From a virus, in IMG/VR virus record IMGVR_UViG_3300045902_000666, positions 1-64,000 of that record: a DNA stretch of 64,000 nt. The stretch is one strand, 5' to 3'. Under the pieces are notes generated by a model. That model was not told where the DNA came from. It worked only from the letters and a program-made list of their open reading frames with translations, and ran no database searches. The position numbers and the translations under genes were made by a program. This document shows, in pieces, positions 36,928 through 48,130 of this stretch. The number at the start of each line of letters is the position of its first letter. Within the stretch, counting starts at the first letter, position 1.

Positions 36928-37716
36928 TTAAGCTTTTTTAGTTGTTAAATCTGCATACGGGAACAGAAAGTTTCTGATAACTCCGAATAGATAGTCAATT
37001 ATTATTCCAGTGAAAAACAAAGACATCAAAATAGCAAATACAGCATCCAGTTGAAGGTGTTTATTTTCGTTCAGCATCATAGCACCTACACCGCCATCAG
37101 ACCTTACAAGACCCTCAGCAAATGTAAGCATAGTCCATGCAATAGCAAAATTTTGCCTTACTGCATCAAGCATCTGATGAGCTTTACCAAGAATAACTCT
37201 TTCCCAAACAACTTTCCATTCGTTACCAAAAATTGTTCTAGCATGATTGTATTCATTATTTGTTACACTCTGAACAACTCCAACCATTGAATCTACAATA
37301 AAAACACTCATACCAAATACAAGTAATTTTATTTTAAGGTCATATCCAGAAGTGGACATCAATGTAAAAATGAAAGATAGACCAACCATTGGTAAAAATC
37401 TTAATCTCCTAGAAACAAAACCAAGGGGCTTAAAAAATGGAATAACTGTTGAATATGCAATTGTAGCAGAAACTAGAACAGAAATAAAAATAGCATGCAA
37501 ACATAGTTTTGTACTTGCATACAAATCCTGAATTAATCCACCAGTAGCAGCCAATTCTTTCCAAGCTTTAAGTATACCAAGAGGTTGAGGAATTAAAGCA
37601 GAAGTTGTTGTGCACCATAAAAACAAAACTAGAATAACCTGAGCGATTATCATAATAAGCATGTTTTTTTTGCTTATTGTTTTGTTCGGTGAGAATAAAT
37701 CTAAAATCTTTTTCAT
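36928..37716 (-). CDS. ABC transporter permease
   Basis: Multiple TM helices, EAA-like loop, AE..GGVG. Confidence 0.85.
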   Translation of the reverse strand: MKKILDLFSPNKTISKKNMLIMIIAQVILVLFLWCTTTSALIPQPLGILKAWKELAATGGLIQDLYASTKLCLHAIFISVLVSATIAYSTVIPFFKPLGFVSRRLRFLPMVGLSFIFTLMSTSGYDLKIKLLVFGMSVFIVDSMVGVVQSVTNNEYNHARTIFGNEWKVVWERVILGKAHQMLDAVRQNFAIAWTMLTFAEGLVRSDGGVGAMMLNENKHLQLDAVFAILMSLFFTGIIIDYLFGVIRNFLFPYADLTTKKA

Positions 37717-37778
37717 TTTTTACAATTTATATTTCAAAAAAAGGCGTGATTTCCATAGGGTTGTTGCGCCTTTATTTA

Positions 37779-38621
37779 TTATTTAATATATTTAGAAAGC
37801 TCAACTTTTTTCTTATCATATTCTTCCTGAGAAATTAACCCAAGGTCAAGCTTATCTTTGTACTGCTTTAATTCATCAAGAGCTTCTTCTGAAGTCATTT
37901 GTGTAGATATAACTTTATCAAAAAACGAAAACCACAAAGCATTAATAGTGCCTTCTAAAGAAGTTTTAGCTGTATTATATGAAGGTATATACTCACCATT
38001 TTTCTTAAAAAAAGAAGTAGAGGTGATATTAGATTTTGCTCCATTATAATAATGAGCATCATCTACAAATTCAAAAGTTACAAGACTATCTTTAATTTTT
38101 ACATAAATGTGATATGACATATCATAAACAAAAGTCGTACCTAAAGATTTAAAATACCATGCATTACTTGCATATCCAGAAATTGTTACACTCTCGCCTG
38201 GAATACTTCCAGTCAATACCTTGTCTGAATTTTTATAAGTAGAATTAACCCAGTTAATAATTTTTTGATATGTTACATTGTCACTGTGAGGCGATTTAAA
38301 TTTAGCAACCGAAATTCCATATGAAGTCACCTTAATACTATCCCTCCCAAAAAGAACCAATTTTTCAGAAAATTGTTTTCCAATAACATAATTACTAACA
38401 TCAGAAAACGCAATGAATTTACTTGGCACTTTTGTATTTGCCTCACCATTTCTTGTCAGACTTTTGGTATATGTAATTTTCTTCGCAGTTGAATCCACCT
38501 TAATGATAGCACATGGGATTGCGCCTGATTTTGAAAAGATTGTGTCTTTATAATTTTGCCCAAAAGACACCAGAACAATGCACATAAAAAGTGCTGTAAA
38601 AATAAATTTAATTGCTTTCAT
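37779..38621 (-). CDS. exported protein with C-terminal SHOCT domain
   Basis: Signal peptide; LDLGLISQEEYDKKK. Confidence 0.75.
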   Translation of the reverse strand: MKAIKFIFTALFMCIVLVSFGQNYKDTIFSKSGAIPCAIIKVDSTAKKITYTKSLTRNGEANTKVPSKFIAFSDVSNYVIGKQFSEKLVLFGRDSIKVTSYGISVAKFKSPHSDNVTYQKIINWVNSTYKNSDKVLTGSIPGESVTISGYASNAWYFKSLGTTFVYDMSYHIYVKIKDSLVTFEFVDDAHYYNGAKSNITSTSFFKKNGEYIPSYNTAKTSLEGTINALWFSFFDKVISTQMTSEEALDELKQYKDKLDLGLISQEEYDKKKVELSKYIK

Positions 38622-38720
38622 TTTTTGTTCTTTTAGATTTTATTCAATCATTATACGCAAAAATAACAAAAAAGTTTCTTATTTACCCATTACGATTTCA
38701 GTTTTTTTGTACTATTTATA

Positions 38721-39464
38721 ATGAAAAACATTATGAGCACTCAAGAAGAAAAAGACAGAAAGAATGAATACATGAGGATGTACAGAGCTAAAAATAAAGA
38801 AAAAATCTCAGCTTATAACAAAAATTACATGACAAAGTATAGAACAGGAGAATCTCGTGAAAAATACTTAAAAAGCAAAAGAAAATCTTACGATAGTAAT
38901 AAGTCAAAAATAAGAAAAGAACAAAAAGAATACTATTCAAAGAACAAAGAAAAAATAAATCAATCCAACAAAGCTAATTATAATAAAAACAAAGAGAGGC
39001 GTAATCTACAAAGCAAAGTCTGGAGAGAAAATAATCCCGAAAGAAATAAGGAGTTAAAAAAAATATGGTATGAAAAAAACAAGCACAAAAGAGCTGGACA
39101 GACAAAATTAAGAAAAGAAAAAGACCCTCTCTTTAAATTAAAAACTGCTATATCCAACAGAATTAGAAATGGAATTAAAAGTACAGGTTTCTGCAAAAAT
39201 TTTAAAACCAAAGAAATTTTAGGATGTACATATGAGGAGTTTAAAGCATATCTTGAGTCGGGATTTGAGCCCTGGATGACTTGGCAAAATTACGGCTTAT
39301 ACAATGGCGAATTAAATTATGGCTGGGACTTGGACCATATTATTCCACTGTGGACAGCAAAAACAGAAGAAGAAGTTATTAGTTTAAATCATTATACAAA
39401 CTTTCAACCTTTATGTAGCAGGGTAAATAGAAACATAAAAAGAAATAAAAAGAGCGAGAATTAA
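38721..39464 (+). CDS. HNH-like homing endonuclease inserted antisense in the operon
   Basis: Basic helical repeats; WDLDHIIP..HYTNFQPL..N. Confidence 0.8.
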   Translation: MKNIMSTQEEKDRKNEYMRMYRAKNKEKISAYNKNYMTKYRTGESREKYLKSKRKSYDSNKSKIRKEQKEYYSKNKEKINQSNKANYNKNKERRNLQSKVWRENNPERNKELKKIWYEKNKHKRAGQTKLRKEKDPLFKLKTAISNRIRNGIKSTGFCKNFKTKEILGCTYEEFKAYLESGFEPWMTWQNYGLYNGELNYGWDLDHIIPLWTAKTEEEVISLNHYTNFQPLCSRVNRNIKRNKKSEN

Positions 39465-39496
39465 TTCTCGCTCTTTTCTTGTTATAACGCTTATAA

Positions 39497-41305
39497 TCAG
39501 CGACCCATCACAATTTCTACACGTCTGTTTTTAGCACGTCCAGAGTTACTACCATTGTCAGCAATTGGTTCACGTTGACCTTTACCTTCAACTTTAGCAA
39601 AACGTGAGTTAGGGAAGCTTGCATGAGATTTATTTTGCAACCACTGTTTAACTGCATCAGCTCTTTGTTGAGAAAGAACATCATTTCCATCAACAGTTCC
39701 TGTATTATCAGTGTGACCAAAAATTTCAACTTTCAATCCACTAGCAATTACAAGTTGGTCGTATAAATTTTCTAAAGTTCTTTCACCTGCAGGAGTAATA
39801 GTAGATTTACCACTTTCAAACTCAATAGACCAAGCACGTTTAGCAACAGTCTCAGACATATTATTACCTTCAGTGTAAGTTACTTTATCAGCAGAAGTGA
39901 TATTTGTAGCCTTACTCTTAGCAGAGATGATATAGCTTAAGTCAAGTACATCTTCAATTTTAGGATATGTTGCAACATATTCAGGATAAAGAGAGCTAAC
40001 TACATCACCAAACACTTTGTAAACTGAAGCATAAGTATTTGATTTGTTTTCGCCAAGACCAAATAATTCTAAGTTATCTGCAAGGTTGTGAGCACGAGAA
40101 CCACCAAGTTCTACAAGATTACCATCCTTATCAGTTTGTTTGATACCACGATAGTAACGTACCCAATATGAACCATCTTTTTCATTATAAATTTTCGCAG
40201 AAATTTCACCAGCTTTATTCAAGGCAGCATCAAAAGATTTTACTTGGTCACCACCTTCAGAAGCAGCTACGATAAAATTTACAACATGATTTCTGTTATC
40301 TTGCAACCACTTTTTAATACCAATTACAATATTTGGCATTTGTGAGCGATATTCAGCAGTAGATACGATAGAAACAAGTCCACCTTTATTTTCTGCAATC
40401 ATAACGTCACCCGGAGTCCATGTAGTAGAACAGTTAACAGTAACTTTTTTCTTCTCACCTGTTTTTATAGTTTTACCAGTATTAGGGTCAACTTTTACAA
40501 CAGCACGTTCTTCGCTATATCCAGAGATATATTTTTGAGCAGCATCAATGAAGTCATTTGCAGCTACGAAGTTCATTGCTTCAGGGTCATAAGTAGTTTC
40601 GTCTGTATTTACACGGATACCGTTATCAGAGCACCATTTTACAACAATATTCCAATCACCATCACGAAGTACAGCAGCACAAACTAAACCTTTAGCATTT
40701 TGCGGATTTTCTTTTACGATAGGAGGTGCCATGAATTTATCTTCACCTTGAGATTTACCGCATGAATAAACGATTTGAGCAGTGTATTCATCACCTAATT
40801 TAGCAAGCTCTGCATTTACACCAGAAAGCCAAGAAGGTCCACCGTCACCCATGATTGCGATTAAATTTGTTCCTACGGCAGTAGTTGGATTACTTTTATA
40901 ATCATTGGCAAACTTAATTAAGTTTTGAGCCATTTGATTACAGTCATCCTGACGTTTAATGGTAAGATTAACATTGTGTTTCTCCATTAAACTTCCTTTG
41001 GTAGTTTGAGGGCCACCATTGGCAAAATTAAGCCCCATTTGAGAGTTCCAAGCCATGATTTCCATAGTCATGCGTGGAGAATTTACTGAAGCCACTTCAT
41101 CAGTAGGAAGTGCTACAGCTTCAATATTTTGTCCCGAAGTTGTTTTTGGGGCATCTGGGAGAACGATTTGTTGAACGTTTACAGATTGTTTTACTTCCTT
41201 AGTAAATAAGTACTCAGAATCAACAAGCAACCATTTTACAAAGAATACCAAGCCCACCAACAATAATCCTAATGTGAGCTTACCAGCGAGTGTTAACTTT
41301 TTCAT
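39497..41305 (-). CDS. substrate-binding protein fused to an OmpA-like peptidoglycan-binding domain
   Basis: N-terminal TM; GHTDNTG..LSQQRA..NRRVEI. Confidence 0.85.
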   Translation of the reverse strand: MKKLTLAGKLTLGLLLVGLVFFVKWLLVDSEYLFTKEVKQSVNVQQIVLPDAPKTTSGQNIEAVALPTDEVASVNSPRMTMEIMAWNSQMGLNFANGGPQTTKGSLMEKHNVNLTIKRQDDCNQMAQNLIKFANDYKSNPTTAVGTNLIAIMGDGGPSWLSGVNAELAKLGDEYTAQIVYSCGKSQGEDKFMAPPIVKENPQNAKGLVCAAVLRDGDWNIVVKWCSDNGIRVNTDETTYDPEAMNFVAANDFIDAAQKYISGYSEERAVVKVDPNTGKTIKTGEKKKVTVNCSTTWTPGDVMIAENKGGLVSIVSTAEYRSQMPNIVIGIKKWLQDNRNHVVNFIVAASEGGDQVKSFDAALNKAGEISAKIYNEKDGSYWVRYYRGIKQTDKDGNLVELGGSRAHNLADNLELFGLGENKSNTYASVYKVFGDVVSSLYPEYVATYPKIEDVLDLSYIISAKSKATNITSADKVTYTEGNNMSETVAKRAWSIEFESGKSTITPAGERTLENLYDQLVIASGLKVEIFGHTDNTGTVDGNDVLSQQRADAVKQWLQNKSHASFPNSRFAKVEGKGQREPIADNGSNSGRAKNRRVEIVMGR

Positions 41306-41374
41306 GTTTTTTAAATTTAGATTTTAATTGTTTAACGTTTAATTATACGATTTTTTTTGTTTTAGGTTTCAGAT

Positions 41375-42406
41375 TTATTCAAGAAAATTTCCAAACTTTC
41401 CTGAATCTGAATTTGATTCATTTCTCTTTACAGGTTGAGCCTGTTTATTATCAAACTGAATTGTATTCACGTTTGAATTAGGTAACCCTTTCATTTGATT
41501 TGAACCAAATATCGTTTCAATTCCTTTTTTCTCAAATTCTTCAAGCATTTTGAATCCTTGCTCTTCATAAATTGCATTATCAAGGTCAACGTTTCTGATA
41601 AATTCTTGAGAAGCATCAAGCATTCTTTCGATTTCACCAACTTTCATACTTGTATCATCAATCACAAACTCCATAGCTTGGTCAAAAAGAACTCTTTTAT
41701 CATCATTACCTTTAATGATATTGGTAACAGATTTCATGATAGAATGACTCTTTAAAATGTATTCACGCTCTTCTTTGCGAATTCTAACTTCAGACTTCAA
41801 GTTTTTAATCATAACATTAGAAACTTGTTCCATCTTTTGAAGAATTTTAAAAAGAACTTCCATTTTAACCAAAAGATTTTCCATTTTTTTCTTAAATGTA
41901 TCCAGACGAGCAGCTTCTTGGTTGTAGAAGTTTACATCAAGCTCAGAATAATTATTAGGGTCAGATTTTGCCTTTGAAGCTTTAGCTAGGTTTTGTCTGA
42001 TTTCCTCACTCTTAGAATCAATGTTGGTTTTCAACTTTTTAATTTGAGCCATCAAATCATCTAAATTGGTGTTGATAGTTTTTTGCTTTTCTTCAAGGTC
42101 CTCAACATAGCTTAACAAGATATTAATAGGATTCATCTGAACGAAGATTCCAGTTAAAAATCTCATTAAATTTTTATAAGAATACCACACCAAAGTTCTG
42201 AATCTTTTGTCCATGAGTAATGTAAAAATTACAAAAAGACCAACACCCATACCAACAGCGTAATAGGTATTTTTTAATAATTCAAGAATAGTAGGTAGAG
42301 ATTTGTATAATGCATATCCACCAAACCCAATAAGGGCAGCGAGTAAAATAACCCCTGGTTTACCTTCGGGTCTTTGCCAGAAATTTTTAGGCGACTTTGT
42401 TTCCAT
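41375..42406 (-). CDS. membrane-anchored coiled-coil (PspA-like) protein
   Basis: Two TM helices then a long coiled coil. Confidence 0.65.
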   Translation of the reverse strand: METKSPKNFWQRPEGKPGVILLAALIGFGGYALYKSLPTILELLKNTYYAVGMGVGLFVIFTLLMDKRFRTLVWYSYKNLMRFLTGIFVQMNPINILLSYVEDLEEKQKTINTNLDDLMAQIKKLKTNIDSKSEEIRQNLAKASKAKSDPNNYSELDVNFYNQEAARLDTFKKKMENLLVKMEVLFKILQKMEQVSNVMIKNLKSEVRIRKEEREYILKSHSIMKSVTNIIKGNDDKRVLFDQAMEFVIDDTSMKVGEIERMLDASQEFIRNVDLDNAIYEEQGFKMLEEFEKKGIETIFGSNQMKGLPNSNVNTIQFDNKQAQPVKRNESNSDSGKFGNFLE

Positions 42407-42435
42407 TTTTCTATTTGTATTTATTTAACTGATTT

Positions 42436-43155
42436 TTACTGAATGAATGCATTAATATTCATTTTGTCATCATTGATTTGCTTTTTAACAGCTTCTGCTG
42501 TTGTAACAAAGCTATTGATGGCATTATCAATTTTAATTGCATTGTTTTGCGCTTCGTTTTGAAGAGTAGAAACCTCTGTACGAAGTTTTGCGATTTCTTC
42601 ATTCAATTTATTGATAAGTTGAATTTTTTCGTTAATAGAAGCTTCTTTTTGTTTTGAATCCTCCATTAAAGCATCAACTTTTTGGCCTCTTGAAGCAGCA
42701 CTTTCTTCTTTAAATTCCTGAACTTCTTTATCTACAATTCCGATGTAAAAATCAGCAGCTTGTAGTAAAGAATCTTTTGTAATTTTACTGCCTGATGCAG
42801 CCTTTAAAGCAATGAAAGCAGAAACATATTTAGACTGCTCAGTCATTCCAGTTTGACCATTCATATCGTTTTTAGCTTCTTGAAATTCCCAGTAATCAAT
42901 TCCGGGCATATTGTTTTCAGCTAAAGTTTTACGTAAATGCTCATACATACCTTGGTTGAAAACCCCTTGTAAAGGAATGGTTTGATTCACAAGCCCATTT
43001 GAAACTGGCATGCTATTTACTTGTGTGTTTGGAGTTGGGGTTGATGTATTGGAAGTGTTTGAATCATTTGATTCAACAGTTGTTTCAGTCTCATCTTGAT
43101 TAATGAAGATAGATAAGAATCCGCCTTTCTTTTTTGATTTTTCGCTATTTGACAT
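42436..43155 (-). CDS. coiled-coil protein
   Basis: PGIDYWEF then heptad repeats. Confidence 0.7.
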   Translation of the reverse strand: MSNSEKSKKKGGFLSIFINQDETETTVESNDSNTSNTSTPTPNTQVNSMPVSNGLVNQTIPLQGVFNQGMYEHLRKTLAENNMPGIDYWEFQEAKNDMNGQTGMTEQSKYVSAFIALKAASGSKITKDSLLQAADFYIGIVDKEVQEFKEESAASRGQKVDALMEDSKQKEASINEKIQLINKLNEEIAKLRTEVSTLQNEAQNNAIKIDNAINSFVTTAEAVKKQINDDKMNINAFIQ

Positions 43156-43249
43156 TTTTATTTGTTTTTGAATTAAACGAAGATTATACGTGCAAAATTA
43201 AATAAAGTTCCAAGAATATACAAAATTCTTGAAACTTTATTTTTAAAAT

Positions 43250-43714
43250 TTATCCAGGAAACTTTTCTAAGTTGCTCAAAACAAGCTTACAAGAGTCGTT
43301 TTCAACGATTACTGGAATTCTAATAGTGCGGTCTGGACTAAACTTATCAGTTTGGTAATTTAATACAATAGTATCTCCAGAAACCGTCTTACTATGAAGT
43401 TTGGTTAATTTATAGCCAAAATTCATTTTATTTTTATAGAATTCCAACACTTCACTTTTTCCAAACTTAGAAACAGTAGAAGAGGATGTCCACTTAACCA
43501 TTTCATCAAACTTACCTTGTTTATAAAGCAAATTGATAAAAGTACCAAAATCACTTCCAACAAATACAGATGGGTCATTATAAGAGATTTTAGACTCTAC
43601 AAATTCAGAAACCTCTGTTTTGATATTAGTTTCAACAGAAGCTACTTTTGTTTCTTTTGTTCCACAAGCCACAATTCCAATGGCTAGTACAATGTAAATG
43701 AATAACTTGTTCAT
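43250..43714 (-). CDS. lipoprotein
   Basis: IVAC lipobox. Confidence 0.7.
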   Translation of the reverse strand: MNKLFIYIVLAIGIVACGTKETKVASVETNIKTEVSEFVESKISYNDPSVFVGSDFGTFINLLYKQGKFDEMVKWTSSSTVSKFGKSEVLEFYKNKMNFGYKLTKLHSKTVSGDTIVLNYQTDKFSPDRTIRIPVIVENDSCKLVLSNLEKFPG

Positions 43715-43779
43715 GTTTTTTGTGTTTTATACTTATTATACGCAAATCGTTTTTAAAAGTTCCAATTATTTATAATAAA

Positions 43780-44481
43780 ATGAAAAAGAATTTAAATAAG
43801 CTGGAAATTAAGAAGTTATTCAGGGAATTGGACTATCTACTCTCAGACAAAGAGTATAAAGATGAGTTTAAGGTGGAGTTTAACCCTGAATTCAACCATG
43901 CTTTATATGAATTCATCAAAAACAATCCAAATTTAATGGCTCTGGCTGGTATTGTGGACCAAGCTAAAAAAACACAAGAAGAAGCTTTAAACAGCACCAT
44001 AGAACCAGTTAATCCAGAAAACAATCAGCCAACTGATTTAAATGATTTAATTATTGATTTTGAGAATCAATCCATAGTTTCTATACCAAAAACAAAAGAA
44101 ACTTTTCATAAAGTTGAAAAGGATACTAAGGTTAAAAAACTATATAGATTAATTTCAAAAAAAACTCACCCGGATAAAGTACCTGTAAAATACCTGAATG
44201 ATTTTTACATACAAGCAAAAGATGCATATGAAAAAAATGATATTTCAAAGCTGATGTATATCTGTAATGAGTTAAAAATAGATTTTGATTTAGAACAAGA
44301 TGATGTATTTAAAATAAAAGAAAAAATAAAGCTCCTAAAAGAAGAAACTCTTTTATTTGAAAAAACATTCATCTGGATTTGGTATCATTCCGATGAAAAA
44401 AAGAAGGATGAAATACTACAAGCTTTCATCCTTCAACAACCTGATATTGCAAAAAAAATATTTAATTCAAGAAATGGTTAA
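43780..44481 (+). CDS. J-domain-containing protein
   Basis: KKLYRLISKKTHPDK. Confidence 0.75.
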   Translation: MKKNLNKLEIKKLFRELDYLLSDKEYKDEFKVEFNPEFNHALYEFIKNNPNLMALAGIVDQAKKTQEEALNSTIEPVNPENNQPTDLNDLIIDFENQSIVSIPKTKETFHKVEKDTKVKKLYRLISKKTHPDKVPVKYLNDFYIQAKDAYEKNDISKLMYICNELKIDFDLEQDDVFKIKEKIKLLKEETLLFEKTFIWIWYHSDEKKKDEILQAFILQQPDIAKKIFNSRNG

Positions 44482-45466
44482 TTGCTTCAGTGTGTTCCGC
44501 CTCTGGTCCCCATGCATCAACAATTAAAAAACCGCCTTTAACTTTAACAGCTGCTATTGGGTCATCGTCTTCAAAAAACAATCTTGTTGGGAGAGGTCTT
44601 GGTCTTTCGATAATTTCCATTTCATCTGTTACTGTTTTATCTTCTAAATCAAACATATGCTTAGCCGCACAAATAACAAATTGAGGTTGTCCTTTTGCAG
44701 TGTCTAGACGTTGGTGTTTTAGAATACCAGACTGAATAATTGATTTCACATCAACTCTCTTGATAAAATAAGGAATTGAAATAACTCTATATCCAAGCTC
44801 AGGCATATTATACACACTCAATTTTAAATGAATATTACCTTCATTCCCATAAACAACATCACCGCCTCTACACATAAATTCTACAATTGCTGACTGTATA
44901 AAAATTTTATAAGCTTCATTGTTATTTTCTGCTAATCTTTGAAAACAAAAATTAATTACATTTAGTAAATGGTCAGACTCTATGGTTTTAAGAGTTGTTT
45001 CTCTACCTGTTTGAGTAACCCATCTTGTACTTCTTAAGGTTTCTAATTCATCTCTATTTACAGAATTTTCTAATGTCTCCAAAAATGATTTATCAGCTAT
45101 TTTGAAATTTAAAATAGAATCTTGAACCTTCTTTGGAATAGAATCAATATAATAAGATGGATGTCCCCAAATCAAACCATATTTTTGACATAGAGCTATC
45201 CACTCATCTGATGGTACAAATTTATAATTAGGAGCTATTACTCTATAGCTCTCTATTAACTTAACTTTTTCCTCTTGTTTTTTTATTTCTTCCGGGGAAC
45301 TTTGTCTAGCTTCTTTAAAATTATGGAATCCCAATTCTTTTAGTGCTTCAACTTTATCTTTATCAATTGAGTTAGTTTTTTCTAATTCAATTTTAACTTT
45401 TGAATCTACACTCTTAAAATCACTATGAATTTTTTCGATTGTAATTTTTTCCTGGTTATTACTCAT
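44462..45466 (-). CDS. hypothetical phage protein
   Basis: 334-aa ORF. Confidence 0.7.
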   Translation of the reverse strand: MSNNQEKITIEKIHSDFKSVDSKVKIELEKTNSIDKDKVEALKELGFHNFKEARQSSPEEIKKQEEKVKLIESYRVIAPNYKFVPSDEWIALCQKYGLIWGHPSYYIDSIPKKVQDSILNFKIADKSFLETLENSVNRDELETLRSTRWVTQTGRETTLKTIESDHLLNVINFCFQRLAENNNEAYKIFIQSAIVEFMCRGGDVVYGNEGNIHLKLSVYNMPELGYRVISIPYFIKRVDVKSIIQSGILKHQRLDTAKGQPQFVICAAKHMFDLEDKTVTDEMEIIERPRPLPTRLFFEDDDPIAAVKVKGGFLIVDAWGPEAEHTEAINHFLN

Positions 45467-45477
45467 GACTTTTTATT

Positions 45478-46125
45478 TTAAGATTTAACAATAGCATTCT
45501 TAGACCAAAACTCCACACTGGTTTTATATTTTTCTCTGTCAATAGAAACTCCAGAACCACCTTCAGCAGTACCAAGTGCATTACGCATCATTGTAATAGG
45601 CTGCATAGGTTCCTCGTCAGGATGAGTTTGCCCAAGAATAGCAACAACACCCCATGAATCTTCCTCAGACAATTCAAAAGGTGTTTCTGTTTTTTGGTCA
45701 GCGTGTTCTTTTAAAAGCTGTTCTCTTGAATAAACAACAACAATTAAATAATCTGCAACTGGAGCTGATACTGGAAGTTCAAACCATCTTGTCATTACAG
45801 GTAATTCTTTCTCAGTTCTAGCAGAATATCCAGAGCGAAGATATTGATAGTTTTCTATTTTAATAGGAAGTGAACCAACTTTTGCATTGGTGAAATTTTT
45901 AATGGCTATTAATTTACAAAAAGGTGCATAGCCATCAATTATTTTTACAACATCAGTTGTGATTGGAATCACGTTTGTTCCAGCTTTAATACGTTCATAA
46001 GCCTGCATTTCCAAATTAAGTTTAGCCTCAAACTCTTCTGAGGTTTTATCTGTAATTTTTGTTCCACCAAACTTAGGGTCAAAGTGGCGTTTTCCAAAAT
46101 CTGTAATTTTTATTTTTCCAAACAT
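45478..46125 (-). CDS. DUF3228-family protein
   Basis: GYAPFCK, YSART.KELPV, YSREQ, PMQPITMMRNALG. Confidence 0.8.
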   Translation of the reverse strand: MFGKIKITDFGKRHFDPKFGGTKITDKTSEEFEAKLNLEMQAYERIKAGTNVIPITTDVVKIIDGYAPFCKLIAIKNFTNAKVGSLPIKIENYQYLRSGYSARTEKELPVMTRWFELPVSAPVADYLIVVVYSREQLLKEHADQKTETPFELSEEDSWGVVAILGQTHPDEEPMQPITMMRNALGTAEGGSGVSIDREKYKTSVEFWSKNAIVKS

Positions 46126-46191
46126 AAAAAAAGTATCTGTTGAAATTGTTTTACAACCACAAAGATACTTAATTTTTATAATTCGTGCAAA

Positions 46192-46515
46192 TTATTTTAC
46201 AACATAAACATACTCACCTGTCTCCAACTGAGTTAAGTGTTGTGGTGCCTTAAAGAAATTAGGACCACAATATGTTGTATTTGAGGATACAAACAACTCA
46301 AATTTACCTTTATCGTGAGTTTGTACCCAGCAGGCCCAACCGCCTCTTACCTTCCTTGCATCTTCTAATGCAATCAATTCATAATTTTCTCCATACCTCT
46401 CGCACTCATAAAACACATCTCCTTTTTTTACGCTTTTTAATTCTAAATAATAGTCTTCCCAACTGTCGCCATAGTTAAATAAATCTGGCTTCAGAAATTT
46501 AATTTTCTGTTTCAT
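46192..46515 (-). CDS. hypothetical protein
   Basis: 107-aa ORF. Confidence 0.6.
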   Translation of the reverse strand: MKQKIKFLKPDLFNYGDSWEDYYLELKSVKKGDVFYECERYGENYELIALEDARKVRGGWACWVQTHDKGKFELFVSSNTTYCGPNFFKAPQHLTQLETGEYVYVVK

Positions 46516-46663
46516 AATAATACAAAAACTTAATGTTTTACCTGTAAAGAACGCTTTTAAAATAAATATGAAACAAATTAAAAAATACCAATAAAAAGCA
46601 ATAAAAAAAGGCTCAAAAGAGCCTTTAAAATTTTAAATTTTCGTTGGTTTTTGAAAAAGTTTT

Positions 46664-47242
46664 CTACCCAAAGAAAATCTCTTCTAAATATAACCACACA
46701 GGTTCATATTCTCCTTGAATATATAGCTTTTCTTTAAAGTGAGCATGTTCTTTTTGATATTTTTCAAACATATCACTTCCAGTCATTTTAGAATATTGAA
46801 CATTGGCAATTCTATCACACAACTTAACAAAAGTTGCAAATTTAGTATTACGAATATCATCATAAACAAAGTTTGGCATTCTTTCATCACGATTTCTTCC
46901 TCTACCATAATTTGTAACTGCACGTACAATTTCAGCAACCAAAGTGTTGGTTCTTTTTTTGATGCTATTATAATTTTGCCTTGCATCTTCAATTGTATCA
47001 TGCAACCAAGAAGCAGCAATTACATCAAATACATGTTCAACTGGGATTAAGTAAATAAAATCTCTAGCAGCCTTATTAACCATCCTTAAATGAAATTCAT
47101 AAGGAAGATATTCATCGTAAAAATGATTGGTATCATGATGAGCTTTAATAGCAAATACCTCTATGTCTTTTAATTCTTGGGAATTAAGAATTGCTAATGC
47201 TTCTTTTGTTATTGCAACTCCTGCTTTATTTATTGTTTCCAT
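46664..47242 (-). CDS. HD-domain (p)ppGpp hydrolase-like protein
   Basis: AH..PYEFH..WLHDTIED..VKLCDRIAN. Confidence 0.85.
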   Translation of the reverse strand: METINKAGVAITKEALAILNSQELKDIEVFAIKAHHDTNHFYDEYLPYEFHLRMVNKAARDFIYLIPVEHVFDVIAASWLHDTIEDARQNYNSIKKRTNTLVAEIVRAVTNYGRGRNRDERMPNFVYDDIRNTKFATFVKLCDRIANVQYSKMTGSDMFEKYQKEHAHFKEKLYIQGEYEPVWLYLEEIFFG

Positions 47243-47252
47243 AATTTTTATT

Positions 47253-48050
47253 TTAATGTTGTCTGTAAATGCTTCTTTTAGGGTCCCAGCCTTTTGGCAT
47301 ATATTCTGGTTGTGCGTGTTCTATAAAATGCATCCTCCACATCTCTACAAATTCTTGTAAATCTACTATTTGAGCCATTACAATTTTTGCATGGGCAGAT
47401 TCAGCATCTTCTCTTTTTATTTTAAAAGCAGCCACTTCTCTTAATTGTTCTTCTGTATAATTATCTGTACCAAAATAATCCTTTAATGTCTGTTTAAACT
47501 CTACTTGCTTTTCAGTAGGCAGTTTATCAAAATAGTTGAGTGTTATATGTGCACAACTTTTAAGTTTTTTAATAACATTTTACTCTTCAGTCATCTTGTC
47601 ATGAAATGGAGCATTGTATTTCTTAGACAATTCATGCTTTAATTTATCAGCATGCCTTTCATATTCTAAATGATGTTCTAAGCATAATGGTGCTATATCA
47701 AAACTACTCGATTGTTTTACTTCAATCGGCATACACTCTCTATACATATAAGGAATAATGTGATGTCTAGTTAATATAGATAGCTCTTCATCCCCACAAC
47801 AAACACACATATTGTGTTTTTCCGAAAGATAATACTCATCACCATGCCAACCTTCCTTTTTAGGCTCAAATGTCAATTGAATAACCAGAGGGCTATCTTG
47901 TATGATAATTGCCAAGTTTCTCTTAAGATACCAATTAGCCTTTTTTTCTAAACAAAGAAACATCTTATTCCCTCTTGGGGATAACACTGTACAGTTCCCA
48001 TAAATTTTATTCACTCTAGGTTGAAAGTTTTCAAATCTATCCTTTTTCAT
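47253..48050 (-). pseudogene. EXD2 C-terminal-like HNH protein with one in-frame TAA
   Basis: 47580..48050 and 47253..47435 join in one frame across TAA 47580-47582. Confidence 0.65.
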
Positions 48051-48130
48051 GCTTCTTTTATTTTATATTATACGAAATTACGCAAAAAAAGTTCTAAAAA
48101 CAAAAAAACTGGCAAATGCCAGTTTTCTTA

